Shown: positions 1 through 9,489 of the stretch, piece after piece
Numbering within the stretch: position 1 is the first letter of the stretch
Layout of the letters: each line of letters starts with the position of its first letter
NCBI GenBank assembly: GCA_944385455.1
Contig: CALWXI010000149.1
Span: forward strand, 1-32,241
DNA from: an uncultured Oscillospiraceae bacterium
GTDB taxonomy: Bacteria > Bacillota > Clostridia > Oscillospirales > Oscillospiraceae
Reading direction: 5' to 3'
Length of the DNA stretch: 32,241 nucleotides
Notes under the pieces: model-generated
The model's input: the letters and a program-made list of their open reading frames with translations, nothing else
Told to the model about the DNA's origin: nothing
The model's database searches: none
Translations under genes and position numbers: made by a program

Positions 1-126
1 ATTAATTAGGCAGCAACAGCAACAGTGTTGTTGTTATTTGATTTATAAATTGCCCGTTTTATGGCGGTCAGGCGCCGCCGCCCGCTGATCCCGCCTCCAC
101 ACCCCCGTCGAAACCGGTACATCCCC
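1..126 (-). ncRNA. ssrA: tmRNA, 5' portion (truncated by window start)
   Basis: Minus strand begins GGGGATGTACCGGTTTCGACGGGGGT, a typical tmRNA 5' end. A pk1-like pseudoknot (GGCGG/CCGCC and GCCTG/CGGGC) follows, then a tag frame ending ACT GTT GCT GTT GCT GCC TAA (stop at 6-8). smpB lies 1.9 kb upstream on the same strand. Confidence 0.93.
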
Positions 127-159
127 GCGTTTCGGCTGCGCACAGGCGGATCGCTACTA

Positions 160-201
160 GGAATCATAACACACTTCCTCACGGAAGTGTGTTACGATTC
201 C
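160..201. repeat. 19-bp-arm inverted repeat upstream of ssrA containing an extended -10 (TGtTATGAT, minus, 171-163)
   Basis: GGAATCATAACACACTTCC-tcac-GGAAGTGTGTTACGATTCC, one mismatch; no U-tract on the minus strand. Confidence 0.7.
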
Positions 202-210
202 GTGACATTT

Positions 211-969
211 TTATGTCTTGGTAAGTTTCATCATCAGCCCCGCCGGGGTGGCCTTGGCCAGCAGGCGGTAGAATTTGTAGAACAGCGTAGGCGTATAGAC
301 GGCGCGGCCTGCACGTGCCGCCCGCAGCGCGCCGCAGGCTACCCGGACCTGGTCGCAATAGGGCAGCAGCTCAAAGGTCCGGGAATTGCCGGCGATGCCG
401 CCCACTTCCAGAAACTCCGTCTGCATGGGGCCGGGGCACACCGCCGTCACCCGCACATCCCGGCTGCGCAGTTCCTCTCCCAGCCCCCTGGAAAAAGCGG
501 AGACATAGGCCTTGGTGGCGGAGTACACCGTCATTCGGGGGCATGGACAAAAGGCGGCGATGGAGGAGACGTTCAGCACCCGGGCGCCGGGGACCAGATA
601 GGGCACCGTCATGTGGGTCACCGCCGTGACGGCCCGCACGTTCAGATCCACCATCCGGGTCTGAGAAGCGGTGTCCGTCTCGCCCACCCGGCCCAGGTAG
701 CCGCATCCGGCGGCGTTGACCAGCAGCACGACTTCCGGCTGCTCCGCCCGGAGCTTATCCTGATAAGCCATGAAGCTCATGGCATCGCACAGGTCCAGCC
801 CCAGGCAGGCCACGGTCTTTCCCGGCAGTGCTTCCGCCAGCTCCTCCAACCGCTGGGCGCGGCGGGCGATGAGCCAGAAGCACTCCGCCTCCGGAAAGAT
901 CGCCGCGGCCTGGCGCGCCAGCTCGCGGCCCAGTCCGGAGGAGGCGCCGGTGATGATGGCAGTTTTCAT
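211..969 (-). CDS. SDR family NAD(P)-dependent oxidoreductase
   Basis: TGASSGLG Rossmann motif, NAAG, catalytic YSATK; GGAGG RBS. Confidence 0.92.
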   Translation of the reverse strand: MKTAIITGASSGLGRELARQAAAIFPEAECFWLIARRAQRLEELAEALPGKTVACLGLDLCDAMSFMAYQDKLRAEQPEVVLLVNAAGCGYLGRVGETDTASQTRMVDLNVRAVTAVTHMTVPYLVPGARVLNVSSIAAFCPCPRMTVYSATKAYVSAFSRGLGEELRSRDVRVTAVCPGPMQTEFLEVGGIAGNSRTFELLPYCDQVRVACGALRAARAGRAVYTPTLFYKFYRLLAKATPAGLMMKLTKT

Positions 970-995
970 CCGGGAAGCCTCCTTTCCGCGTTCGG

Positions 996-1520
996 TCAGT
1001 GGGTCTGGGGAGCGGGATAATCCACGCTCTGGGTATCCACCCGGATGGACTGGATCACCACATCCTGCTTGGGCTTGTCATTCATCATGTTCCGGGGCAC
1101 CCGGGAGATGTCGATGGCGATGTCCGCGCCCTCCGTGACCTGGCCGAAAGCGGCGTACTGGCCGTCCAGATGGGGAGCGGGGGCAACCATGATGAAAAAC
1201 TGGCTGCCGGCGGAATTGGGGGCCATGGTGCGGGCCATGGACAGTACGCCGGTGGTGTGCTTAAGATCGTTCTGACGGAAGCCGTTGGCGGAGAACTCGC
1301 CGTCGATCTCATAGCCGGGGCCGCCCATGCCGTTGCCGTTGGGGCAGCCGCCCTGGATCATGAAGCCGGGGATGACCCGATGGAAGATCAGGCCGTCGTA
1401 AAAGCCCTTGTTGGCCAGGGAGATGAAATTATTGACGGTGTTGGGGGCCTTTTCAGGGTAGAGTTCGGCCTTCATGACACGGCCGTCGGCCAGGGTGATG
1501 GTGGCGATGGGATGAGACAT
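996..1520 (-). CDS. Cyclophilin-type peptidylprolyl cis-trans isomerase
   Basis: FYDGLIFHRVIPGFMIQGG, LSMA, SAGSQFFI, HLDGQYAAFG. Confidence 0.96.
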   Translation of the reverse strand: MSHPIATITLADGRVMKAELYPEKAPNTVNNFISLANKGFYDGLIFHRVIPGFMIQGGCPNGNGMGGPGYEIDGEFSANGFRQNDLKHTTGVLSMARTMAPNSAGSQFFIMVAPAPHLDGQYAAFGQVTEGADIAIDISRVPRNMMNDKPKQDVVIQSIRVDTQSVDYPAPQTH

Positions 1521-1536
1521 ATGTGTACTTCCTTTC

Positions 1537-2007
1537 TCAGATGAGATCCGCGCTGACGCGGTGTTTTTTCAGATATGCGATGAGCAGGGGAAAGCCGGTC
1601 ATGGACCGGTCGCACCGGGCCAGCACCCGGCCGTTTTCCGACAGCAGCTTGGGGTTTTCACTGATGTCCCGCCGGACGGAGGCGATGTCGGAGACCTGAA
1701 AGGTGGTATGCCTGCCGAAGAGGTCCGTATACCGCAGGGCTTGCCCGTCCACCTCCAGGCGGTGGTTTTTGTACTTGGCCAGCACCACAATGCCCGCCAG
1801 CACGCAGAGAATGCAGGCGCCCAGCATATCCAGGCGCTGAAAGCCGGATTCCGCCGCGGCCTGGAGGCAGGCGCCGCCGAAGACCAGCGTCAGGATGATC
1901 CCAACGCCCAGCAGCGTGCCGCCCTGGCGGACGACGAACTGCTCCGGGATCTCCTCGTCGGGGATCTCCGGAAAGGCGCGGGGGGTACGGGTACGCAGAA
2001 GGCTCAT
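1537..2007 (-). CDS. Hypothetical membrane protein (2 TM plus soluble, possibly PH-like, C-terminal domain)
   Basis: ATG at 2007 overlaps the smpB stop (ATGA); two hydrophobic segments; 156 aa. Confidence 0.75.
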   Translation of the reverse strand: MSLLRTRTPRAFPEIPDEEIPEQFVVRQGGTLLGVGIILTLVFGGACLQAAAESGFQRLDMLGACILCVLAGIVVLAKYKNHRLEVDGQALRYTDLFGRHTTFQVSDIASVRRDISENPKLLSENGRVLARCDRSMTGFPLLIAYLKKHRVSADLI

Positions 2008-2480
2008 CGGTAGTTCCTCTCTTTCATGGCCCGGTCCATCTCCCGGCCGGCGTCGCGGCGGGCGGCGGCATCCCGCTTGTCGTAGTTCTTCTTGCCCTTG
2101 CACAGGCCTATCTCCACCTTTACCCGGGCGTCCCGGAAGTAGACGGACAGGGGCACCAGGGTGTAGCCGTCCTGCTGGACCAGGGCGTGAAGCTTGCGGA
2201 TCTCCCGCTTGTGCATCAAAAGCCGCCTGGTGCGGACGGGATCCCGGTTGAAGATGTTGCCCTTTTCGTAGGGAGAGATGTGCATCCCGTGGACGAACAG
2301 CTCCCCGTTCTTGACGGAGCAGTAGGCGTCCTTCAGGTTCAGCGTACCGGCCCGGATGGCCTTGACTTCCGTGCCGAAAAGTTCGATGCCGGCCTCATAT
2401 TTGTCCTCCACAAAGTAGTCGTGAAAGGCCTTGCGGTTCTGTGCCGCGATCTTGATCCCTCGTTTCTCCGTGGGGGTCAC
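2004..2480 (-). CDS. smpB: SsrA-binding protein SmpB (start GTG 2480 or ACG 2471)
   Basis: IAAQNRKAFHDY, EAGIELFGTEVK, RTRRLLMHKREI, GKKNYDKR. Confidence 0.97.
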   Translation of the reverse strand: MTPTEKRGIKIAAQNRKAFHDYFVEDKYEAGIELFGTEVKAIRAGTLNLKDAYCSVKNGELFVHGMHISPYEKGNIFNRDPVRTRRLLMHKREIRKLHALVQQDGYTLVPLSVYFRDARVKVEIGLCKGKKNYDKRDAAARRDAGREMDRAMKERNYR

Positions 2481-2508
2481 CTCGCTTCCAATGGGGTTTC
2501 GCCGTCTC

Positions 2509-2537
2509 AGTATATCATGTCCGGGGACGTTCTTCAA
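2509..2537 (-). promoter_or_regulatory. Sigma-A-type promoter for the smpB operon
   Basis: TTGAAG-17 bp-TATACT with extended TG. Confidence 0.7.
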
Positions 2538-2561
2538 GAGAAAGGCGGCAAAGAACGCTCT

Positions 2562-2589
2562 TTGCTTTTCCGACGCGGCGTGATATAAT
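2562..2589 (+). promoter_or_regulatory. Sigma-A-type promoter for the nudix-walRK operon
   Basis: TTGCTT-16 bp-TATAAT with extended TG. Confidence 0.72.
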
Positions 2590-2643
2590 AACACAATGAT
2601 TGCCCGGATGTTGGCAAACCAAACATTGAGGAGTGTCAGCAGA

Positions 2644-3189
2644 ATGAATTATACAGATTTGACGGAGAGGATGCTCAGCCGGAAAGAGCAGTACAGCGGT
2701 CCGCTGTTCAGCGTGCACACGGATCAGGTGCTGCTGCCCAACGGCCATACCGCTGCCCGCGAGGTGGTGGAGCATGTGGACGGCGTGGCGGTGCTGCCCC
2801 TGGACGAGCGGAACAATGTGCTGGCGGTGACCCAGTACCGGTATGTGTTCGGCCGGACCCTGCTGGAGATCCCGGCGGGCAAGCTGGACCCGGGCGAGGA
2901 CCCGGCCTCCGGCGCGCTGCGGGAGCTGCTGGAGGAGACCGGCGCGGTGCCGGAGACGTTTCTGCCCCTGGGCCGGATCATTCCGGCTCCGGGCTGCTAC
3001 AGTGAGGTGCTGCACCTCTTTTTGGCCAGGGGGCTGCGGATGGAGAGCCAGCATCTGGACCCGGATGAATTCTTGAATGTGGAGCGGATCCCCTTTGACG
3101 AGATGGTCCACCGCTGTCTCAACGGCGAGATCGAGGACGCCAAGACGGTGGCCGCTGTGCTGAAGGCCAAGGTCCAGCTGGAACTGTGA
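2644..3189 (+). CDS. Nudix hydrolase (ADP-ribose pyrophosphatase-like)
   Basis: Nudix box GKLDPGEDPASGALRELLEETGA; QYRY, LEIPAG, IEDAKT; GAGGAG RBS before ATG 2644. Confidence 0.92.
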   Translation: MNYTDLTERMLSRKEQYSGPLFSVHTDQVLLPNGHTAAREVVEHVDGVAVLPLDERNNVLAVTQYRYVFGRTLLEIPAGKLDPGEDPASGALRELLEETGAVPETFLPLGRIIPAPGCYSEVLHLFLARGLRMESQHLDPDEFLNVERIPFDEMVHRCLNGEIEDAKTVAAVLKAKVQLEL

Positions 3190-3203
3190 GTGGGAGGGAG
3201 CAT

Positions 3204-3914
3204 ATGGACAAGCAGAAGCTGGTGCTGATCGTCGAGGACGAGAAGAACATTGTGGACATCCTGCGCTTCAATCTCCAGCGGGAGGGCTATGCCACCTGTG
3301 AGGCCTATGACGGCGCCGACGGATTGGAGAAGGCCCGCGCGGAGCACCCCGACCTCATCCTGCTGGATGTGATGCTGCCCAAAATGAATGGGTTTGATGT
3401 CTGCCGCTCCCTCCGGCAGGAGGGGGACAATGTGCCCGTCATCATCCTCACCGCCCGGGAGGAGGAGGCGGACAAGGTGCTGGGCCTGGAGATCGGCGCC
3501 GACGACTATATCACAAAGCCCTTCTCCATGCGGGAGCTGGTGGCCCGGGTGGGCGCCAATATCCGCCGCACCGCCATGACCGCGTCCGCCGCGTCCACTG
3601 CGGCGGATTCCGCCATGCCCGTGGCGGGAGATCTGTCCATCAACACTGACAGCCACCAGGTGTTCCGGGCGGGCAAGGCCATCGATCTGACTCAGCGGGA
3701 GTATGAGCTGCTGACCTTTCTGGCCAGCCACCCCAACAAGGTCTATTCCCGGGTGGACCTCATGGAGCAGGTGTGGAATTACGGCTATGTGGGCGACGAC
3801 GTGCGCACCGTGGACGTGACGGTGCGGCGGCTGCGGGAGAAGATCGAGACAGACCCCGCCGCGCCGGTGTATATTCTCACCCGCCGGGGCGCCGGCTACT
3901 ATTTCAGCGTCTGA
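3204..3914 (+). CDS. walR: OmpR-family response regulator, WalR/YycF-like
   Basis: Receiver (VEDE, LLDVMLP, ADDYITKPF) plus winged helix (RTVDVTVRRLREKIE, TRRGAGY); context with HK and yycH/I/J-like genes. Confidence 0.85.
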   Translation: MDKQKLVLIVEDEKNIVDILRFNLQREGYATCEAYDGADGLEKARAEHPDLILLDVMLPKMNGFDVCRSLRQEGDNVPVIILTAREEEADKVLGLEIGADDYITKPFSMRELVARVGANIRRTAMTASAASTAADSAMPVAGDLSINTDSHQVFRAGKAIDLTQREYELLTFLASHPNKVYSRVDLMEQVWNYGYVGDDVRTVDVTVRRLREKIETDPAAPVYILTRRGAGYYFSV

Positions 3915-3947
3915 CCGCTCCGGCGGCGCCCCAGAGGAGGTGTGTCC

Positions 3948-5747
3948 ATGTTCCGCAGCCTGCATATGAAGCTGACGCTGATCCTTCTGCTGCTCATCAC
4001 GTCGCTGATGGCGGTGGTGGGAGCGTTTCTCACCACCAGCGTCTCCAGCTTCTATATCAATGCTTTCTATCAGCAGATGGACGATGTGTTCGGCTCCGAC
4101 CGGGAGGAATTTGTCTCCTCGCTGCGCCAGGAGGCGGCTCAGGAGGACGGCGCGGAGCTGATCGGGGAGATCCTGAAAAACAACGCGGCCTCCCTGGGCA
4201 TCGACTACCGCACCCGGAACTATTTTGTGCTGGACGGCATCACCGGTTCCTATCTGGGCGGCAGTGCCGATGCTTCCGTGCTGCCCCGGGAGCAGAGCGC
4301 CAATCTCCTCACCGCCCGCAACGCCGTGCTGCAGCGGGATGAGACCACGGTGGGAGACGGCAGCGACATCACCGCCGATTACATGGACCTGGCGGTGCCG
4401 GTGCTGGGGGGCGACAACGCCTATATCATCTATATTGTGGACAACAAGGACACCATTTCCGATCTCAACGGCCAGCTCTTCTTCATCATCATGCAGGCCC
4501 TGATCATCGGCCTATTGATCTCCGTGCTGCTGAGCTTCCTGCTCTCCAAGACCATGGTGGGCCCCATCGAGAAGCTCACCGCCGGGGCCGAGCGGGTGGC
4601 GGCGGGGGATTTCGGCAGCGCGCTGCCGGTGGAGTCCACCGACGAGATCGGCATCCTCACCGGCACCTTCAACGAGATGGCCGGTGTGCTGCAGTCCACT
4701 CTGGCCGCCATGGAGAATGAGCGCAACAAGCTGGATACGCTGTTTCTCCACATGACCGACGGCGTGGTGGCCTTCGACCACACGGGGAAGCTGATCCACT
4801 GCAATCCCGCCGCCAAGACCATGCTCCAGCGGGAGGTCGGCGGCGGCTGCACCTACGAGGAGCTGTTCGGGGACCTGCGTCCTTTCGGAGAGATCCTTTC
4901 CCTGCAGCGGCCGGACCATGTGGAGGAGGAGCGGACGGTGGGGGACCGGACGCTGGAGGTGTACCTGGCCTCCTTCTCCGACCGGGAACAGGGCGGCGTG
5001 CTGGTGCTGCTTCACGATGTGACGGAGCAGCACCGCAACGAGGAGCGGCGCAAGGAGTTCGTGGCCAATGTCTCCCACGAGCTGCGCACGCCGCTGACCA
5101 ATGTCCGCAGCTATGCCGAGACGCTGCGGGACGCGCAGGGAGATATCCCCCAGGAGACGGCCCAGAACTTTTTGGACATCATCATCACCGAGACGGACCG
5201 GATGACCCACATCGTGCAGGATCTGCTGACCCTCTCCCGGCTGGATGCCGGCAACGCGGAGCTGGTCCTCTCCCGCTTCCCCTTCGGGGAGGCCATCGAG
5301 AGCGTGGTTCGGGCCAACGCCCTCAACGCCCGCCAGCGGGGCCATCAGCTGGTGTACGACCCGCCGGAGAGCCTGCCGCTGGTGGTGGGGGACCGGAGCC
5401 GGCTGGAGCAGGTGATGATGAACATCATCGGCAACGCCGTGAAATACACGCCGGACGGAGGCCATATCCGGGTCACCGCCGGGTCCACCGAGGACACGGT
5501 GTGGATGGATGTGTGCGACGACGGCATCGGCATTCCGGAGAAGGACCGGGAGCGGATCTTCGAGCGGTTCTACCGGGTGGACAAGGCCCGTTCCCGGGAG
5601 TCCGGCGGCACGGGCCTGGGTCTCTCCATCGCCCGGGAGATCGTCCAGCGCCACAACGGCACCATCGCTCTGGCCCCCCATGAGGGACCGGGCACCACTG
5701 TCCGCATGACGCTGCCCATCTCCCAGAGCCGTCCCGCGGCCTGCTGA
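3948..5747 (+). CDS. walK: Membrane sensor histidine kinase (TM-HAMP-PAS-HisKA-HATPase), WalK-like
   Basis: FVANVSHELRTPL, NAVKY, DDGIGI, IFERFYRVDKARSRESGGTGLGL; alternative GTG start at 3942. Confidence 0.85.
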   Translation: MFRSLHMKLTLILLLLITSLMAVVGAFLTTSVSSFYINAFYQQMDDVFGSDREEFVSSLRQEAAQEDGAELIGEILKNNAASLGIDYRTRNYFVLDGITGSYLGGSADASVLPREQSANLLTARNAVLQRDETTVGDGSDITADYMDLAVPVLGGDNAYIIYIVDNKDTISDLNGQLFFIIMQALIIGLLISVLLSFLLSKTMVGPIEKLTAGAERVAAGDFGSALPVESTDEIGILTGTFNEMAGVLQSTLAAMENERNKLDTLFLHMTDGVVAFDHTGKLIHCNPAAKTMLQREVGGGCTYEELFGDLRPFGEILSLQRPDHVEEERTVGDRTLEVYLASFSDREQGGVLVLLHDVTEQHRNEERRKEFVANVSHELRTPLTNVRSYAETLRDAQGDIPQETAQNFLDIIITETDRMTHIVQDLLTLSRLDAGNAELVLSRFPFGEAIESVVRANALNARQRGHQLVYDPPESLPLVVGDRSRLEQVMMNIIGNAVKYTPDGGHIRVTAGSTEDTVWMDVCDDGIGIPEKDRERIFERFYRVDKARSRESGGTGLGLSIAREIVQRHNGTIALAPHEGPGTTVRMTLPISQSRPAAC

Positions 5748-5780
5748 GGAGATACGGCCTGCGGGGAAAGGAGGACGTCC

Positions 5781-7067
5781 ATGGATGAAAAGCGGCGCCA
5801 CCGCCGGGATTTTGTGCAGAATATCGTGATCACTGTGCTGGCGCTTTCCGCTGCGGTCCTGATGGCGCAGACCCAGCTCTATAATCTGGGCTCCGCCGCC
5901 GGTGCCCGATATTTCAGCGGGCTGCTTTCCTCGCAGGATGCCGCCTCGGGCGGGCAGAGCCAGCAGACCTTTCAGCTTGCCGCCCCGGTCCGGGTGGCCG
6001 TCACCGGGGCCTACGGCCGTCACGGCGATGTTATGATGACCACCGCCGACGAGGAATTCCTTCTGCTGGGCAATCTGCTGGGTGAGGCGTTGGGCTCGGC
6101 CCGGTCCTATGCCGCGGTGGATCAGGAGGCATTTCTGGCCGCGCTGGACAGGACGTCGGTCTACTACGATTTTCTCGCTCCGCTGCCGGTGTCCGTTCTG
6201 GCGGAATTCACCGGCACCACCGCCCAGGGCCAGTACTCCGCGCGGCGGCTGATCGTGGCGGAGGAGGCGGCGGGGGTGCGGCTTTACCTGTGGGATGACG
6301 GCGTGGGCTTCGGCGTGTGCGAGACCGCTGTTTCGGCGGAAAGCCTGGCTGCCGCAGTGGGACAGTACGAACTGGGCAACGCGGTCTTCGCGATGGACCG
6401 GGCGGCGCTGGATCCTGATTACGCGGCGTTGGCTCCCTGGTCGCTTCTGCTGTCCGATACGCTGCCGGAGATCCCGGTGCTGCAGGTGTCAGAAGGCCTG
6501 GGAGATGCCGACACGCTGCTGGCCGCGCTGAAATTCAACCCCCGGACCAATTACCGCTATACGGACTCCGGCGGCACGGAAGTGGTGGTGGATGGGGAGC
6601 GGTCCCTGCGCATCCGGCCCGACGGCACCGCGCTTTATCTCAGCGGCGGCGAGGCTGCATTGACGGTTGAGGCTGCGGAGGACGGGATGCCCACCGTTTC
6701 TCAGGCGGTGACGGCAGCCGGGAACCTGGTGGGCGGATTGCTCACGGATGCCGGAGATGCAGGGCTGTATCTTCAGGATGTCTATCAGAGCGCCGCTTCC
6801 ACGGTGGTGCGCTTCGGCTACCAGGTGGAGGGCGTCCCCATCCGGTATACCGACGGCGGATGTGCCGCGGAGGTGCTGTTTGACGGCAGTGCCGTGTCCA
6901 CCATGTCGCTGCGTTTTCGCGCCTATACCGTCACCAGTGACGTCTCGCTGCTGCTGCCGCTGCGTCAGGCGTTGGCGGTGGCTGCCCTGACGCCGGGCGC
7001 CGAACTGGCCGTGAGCTATGCCGACAGCGGCGCATCCACGGTCAGCGCCTGCTGGATGGCGGAGTGA
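5781..7067 (+). CDS. Membrane-anchored extracellular protein, positional YycH/WalH equivalent
   Basis: Single N-terminal TM; 428 aa; directly after the kinase; AGGAGG RBS. Assignment is by size, topology and position. Confidence 0.6.
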   Translation: MDEKRRHRRDFVQNIVITVLALSAAVLMAQTQLYNLGSAAGARYFSGLLSSQDAASGGQSQQTFQLAAPVRVAVTGAYGRHGDVMMTTADEEFLLLGNLLGEALGSARSYAAVDQEAFLAALDRTSVYYDFLAPLPVSVLAEFTGTTAQGQYSARRLIVAEEAAGVRLYLWDDGVGFGVCETAVSAESLAAAVGQYELGNAVFAMDRAALDPDYAALAPWSLLLSDTLPEIPVLQVSEGLGDADTLLAALKFNPRTNYRYTDSGGTEVVVDGERSLRIRPDGTALYLSGGEAALTVEAAEDGMPTVSQAVTAAGNLVGGLLTDAGDAGLYLQDVYQSAASTVVRFGYQVEGVPIRYTDGGCAAEVLFDGSAVSTMSLRFRAYTVTSDVSLLLPLRQALAVAALTPGAELAVSYADSGASTVSACWMAE

Positions 7068-7086
7068 GCGCGGATAAGGAGGAAGC

Positions 7087-7896
7087 ATGGAACGATACCG
7101 CCTGAAGAACATCATCATTTTGATTCTGGTCCTGGTGAATGGGTTCCTGCTGGTGTCGCTGGCCATGCGCGGCGCTTCCAGCCGGTCTGCCCGGGCCACC
7201 GCCGAGGAGCAGCTGGTGGCTCTCCTGGCCGCCGACGGCGTCGCGTTGGACCCGGATATCATTTCCTATGAGACGCCGCCTGACAGCCTCAGTGTGACCC
7301 GGGACCAGGAGCTGGAGCGCCGGGCCGCCGCCGCGCTGCTGGGCAGTCCGCTGACCAGTTCCGACCAGGGCGGCGGCATCACCACCTACACCGGAGGCCG
7401 GGGCGCGGCCATGTTCCGGGCCAGCGGAGAGTTCGAGGCCAGCGGCACGCTGGCTGCCGAAGATTCCGTGGAGGTCTGCCGCAGCTTCTGCCGTGCCTTT
7501 GGATATGCCGAGCCGGAATTCCGGCTGGATGACGGCGGTTCCGGCACCGGCAGCGCCGTATGCCTGTGGGACGGCATGCGCGTGTTCAACTGCACCCTCA
7601 GCTTCACTCTCTCAGAAGGAAGGCTGACCGCTGTCAGCGGTACGCTGCTCTCGGAGCGTATGGAACCCCTGGCGGAGGAGCAGGAGCCCCTGTCCGCCAC
7701 CGCCGCCCTGACCGCTTTCCAGCGGGTCCGGCGGGAGAGCGCCGCCGTGGTATCCTCCATTACGGAAATGGAGCTTTGCTATATGCTGCAGAATTCCGCC
7801 ACCGCCGCTGTGATCCTTCAGCCCTGCTGGCGGATCGTCACCAATACGGGCGAATATTATGTAAACTGCAGTACCGGCATGGTCACGGTGCCCTGA
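7087..7896 (+). CDS. YycI/WalI-like two-component regulatory protein
   Basis: N-terminal RLKNIIILILVLVNGFL and C-terminal PCWRI...YYVN resemble YycI; position after the yycH-like gene. Confidence 0.7.
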   Translation: MERYRLKNIIILILVLVNGFLLVSLAMRGASSRSARATAEEQLVALLAADGVALDPDIISYETPPDSLSVTRDQELERRAAAALLGSPLTSSDQGGGITTYTGGRGAAMFRASGEFEASGTLAAEDSVEVCRSFCRAFGYAEPEFRLDDGGSGTGSAVCLWDGMRVFNCTLSFTLSEGRLTAVSGTLLSERMEPLAEEQEPLSATAALTAFQRVRRESAAVVSSITEMELCYMLQNSATAAVILQPCWRIVTNTGEYYVNCSTGMVTVP

Positions 7897-7951
7897 AAAT
7901 TGACCAGCCTGCCGGAGATTTCCCTTTTTCCGGAAGCCGGCCAGGAATGAT

Positions 7952-7980
7952 TTGCAATTCCTGGCCGGTCGTGATATAAT
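7952..7980 (+). promoter_or_regulatory. Sigma-A-type promoter upstream of murA
   Basis: TTGCAA-17 bp-TATAAT with extended TG; -35 lies in the loop of a 12-bp-arm inverted repeat (7937-7968). Confidence 0.7.
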
Positions 7981-8190
7981 GCTCATATAACGGGCGCGTC
8001 TGCGCTGTGGTTGAGACAGATTTGTTGGTTTTTTGCAGGCATCCAGGATGTTTTTGGAAGACAGAGGGAGCAAATTTCTCCTGCCGCGGTGCCTGCCGGC
8101 AGTATGAATGCCTGCCTGTGGGGCAAACTGTCTGCAGGACGCGTGCCGGTTACCGAAGAAATATGAGTTCCTTGAAGAGAGGGTTCAGAC

Positions 8191-9489
8191 TTGACAAAAT
8201 ATATTGTGCAGGGCGGAAAGCCCCTGTTCGGCGAGGTGGAGATCAGCGGCGCCAAGAATGCCGCTGTGGCCATCATTCCCGCCGCGCTGCTGGTGGACGG
8301 AGTCTGCCGCATTGAAAATATCCCCCAGATCTCCGATGTGACGCTGTGCCTGCGGATTTTGGAAGAATTGGGTGCCAATATCCGCCCCGTCAACCGCCAC
8401 ACCGTGGAGATCGACTGCCGTCATATCCATTCCACCCGGACCAGTTATGAGCTGGCCCGGCGTATCCGCGCCTCCTATTATCTCATCGGGGCCCTGCTGG
8501 GCCGCTTCGGTCAGGCCGAGGTGGCCATGCCCGGCGGGTGCAATTTCGGCGTCCGCCCCATCGACCAGCATGTCAAGGGATTTGCCACTCTGGGAGCCAA
8601 GGTGGTGGTGGAGGGCGGTTTTATCCGCGCCTCCGCCGAGGGCAGGCGCCTGCGCGGCGCCAACATCTATCTGGATGTGGTATCCGTGGGCGCCACCATG
8701 AACATTATGATGGCCGCCGTCATGGCGGAGGGGAATACCGTTATTGAAAACGCCGCCAAGGAGCCCCACATCGTGGACTTGGCCAACTTCCTCAATTCCA
8801 TGGGCGCCAACATCCGGGGCGCCGGCACCGACACCATCAAGATCCGGGGGGTGGACAGCCTCTCCGGCGGCTCCTACGCCATCATTCCGGATCAGATCGA
8901 AGCGGGCACCTATATGGCGGCTGTGGCGGCCACCGGCGGACAGGTACTGGTGAAGAACATCATTCCCAAGCACATGGACTGCATCACCGCCAAGCTGCAG
9001 GAGTGCGGCGTGGAGGTGGAGGAGCATGAGGACACCCTTCTGGTCCGCCGTACCGGCAAGCTCCGCCGGGCCAACGTCAAGACGCTGCCCTACCCCGGCT
9101 TTCCCACGGATATGCAGCCCCAGATCACGGCGGTGCTGTGCCTGGCGGAGGGTACCTCTCTGGTGACGGAGAGTGTGTGGAGCAACCGTTACCAGTACGT
9201 GGACGAACTCAAGCGCATGGGGGCCAACATCCAGGTGGACGACAAGACCGCTGTGGTGGAGGGAGTGGACCATCTCACCGGCGCGCCCATCCAGGCCTGT
9301 GACCTGCGGGCCGGCGCCGCCATGGTCATCGCCGCACTGGCGGCGCAGGGCTGCAGCGAGATCAGCCGCGTGCAGTATATCGAGCGGGGCTATGAGGACA
9401 TCGTGGACAAGCTCCGGGCCCTGGGAGCCGACATCCGGTCCGTGGAAGAGCCGGAGGAGACCGACGAATTGAAGGCGCAGATCAGCTGA
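8191..9489 (+). CDS. murA: UDP-N-acetylglucosamine 1-carboxyvinyltransferase
   Basis: SGAKNA, PGGCNFGVRPIDQH (catalytic Cys present), SVGAT, PGFPTDMQ, DLRAG, IERGYE; TTG start. Confidence 0.97.
   Translation: MTKYIVQGGKPLFGEVEISGAKNAAVAIIPAALLVDGVCRIENIPQISDVTLCLRILEELGANIRPVNRHTVEIDCRHIHSTRTSYELARRIRASYYLIGALLGRFGQAEVAMPGGCNFGVRPIDQHVKGFATLGAKVVVEGGFIRASAEGRRLRGANIYLDVVSVGATMNIMMAAVMAEGNTVIENAAKEPHIVDLANFLNSMGANIRGAGTDTIKIRGVDSLSGGSYAIIPDQIEAGTYMAAVAATGGQVLVKNIIPKHMDCITAKLQECGVEVEEHEDTLLVRRTGKLRRANVKTLPYPGFPTDMQPQITAVLCLAEGTSLVTESVWSNRYQYVDELKRMGANIQVDDKTAVVEGVDHLTGAPIQACDLRAGAAMVIAALAAQGCSEISRVQYIERGYEDIVDKLRALGADIRSVEEPEETDELKAQIS

Noticed and set aside
8121-8158. GGGCAAAC...GGACGC...GGTTACCGAAG resembling c-di-GMP-I riboswitch fragments
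   Set aside because: Only about 38 nt, lacking the GNRA tetraloop and second helix; better explained as chance or a promoter element.
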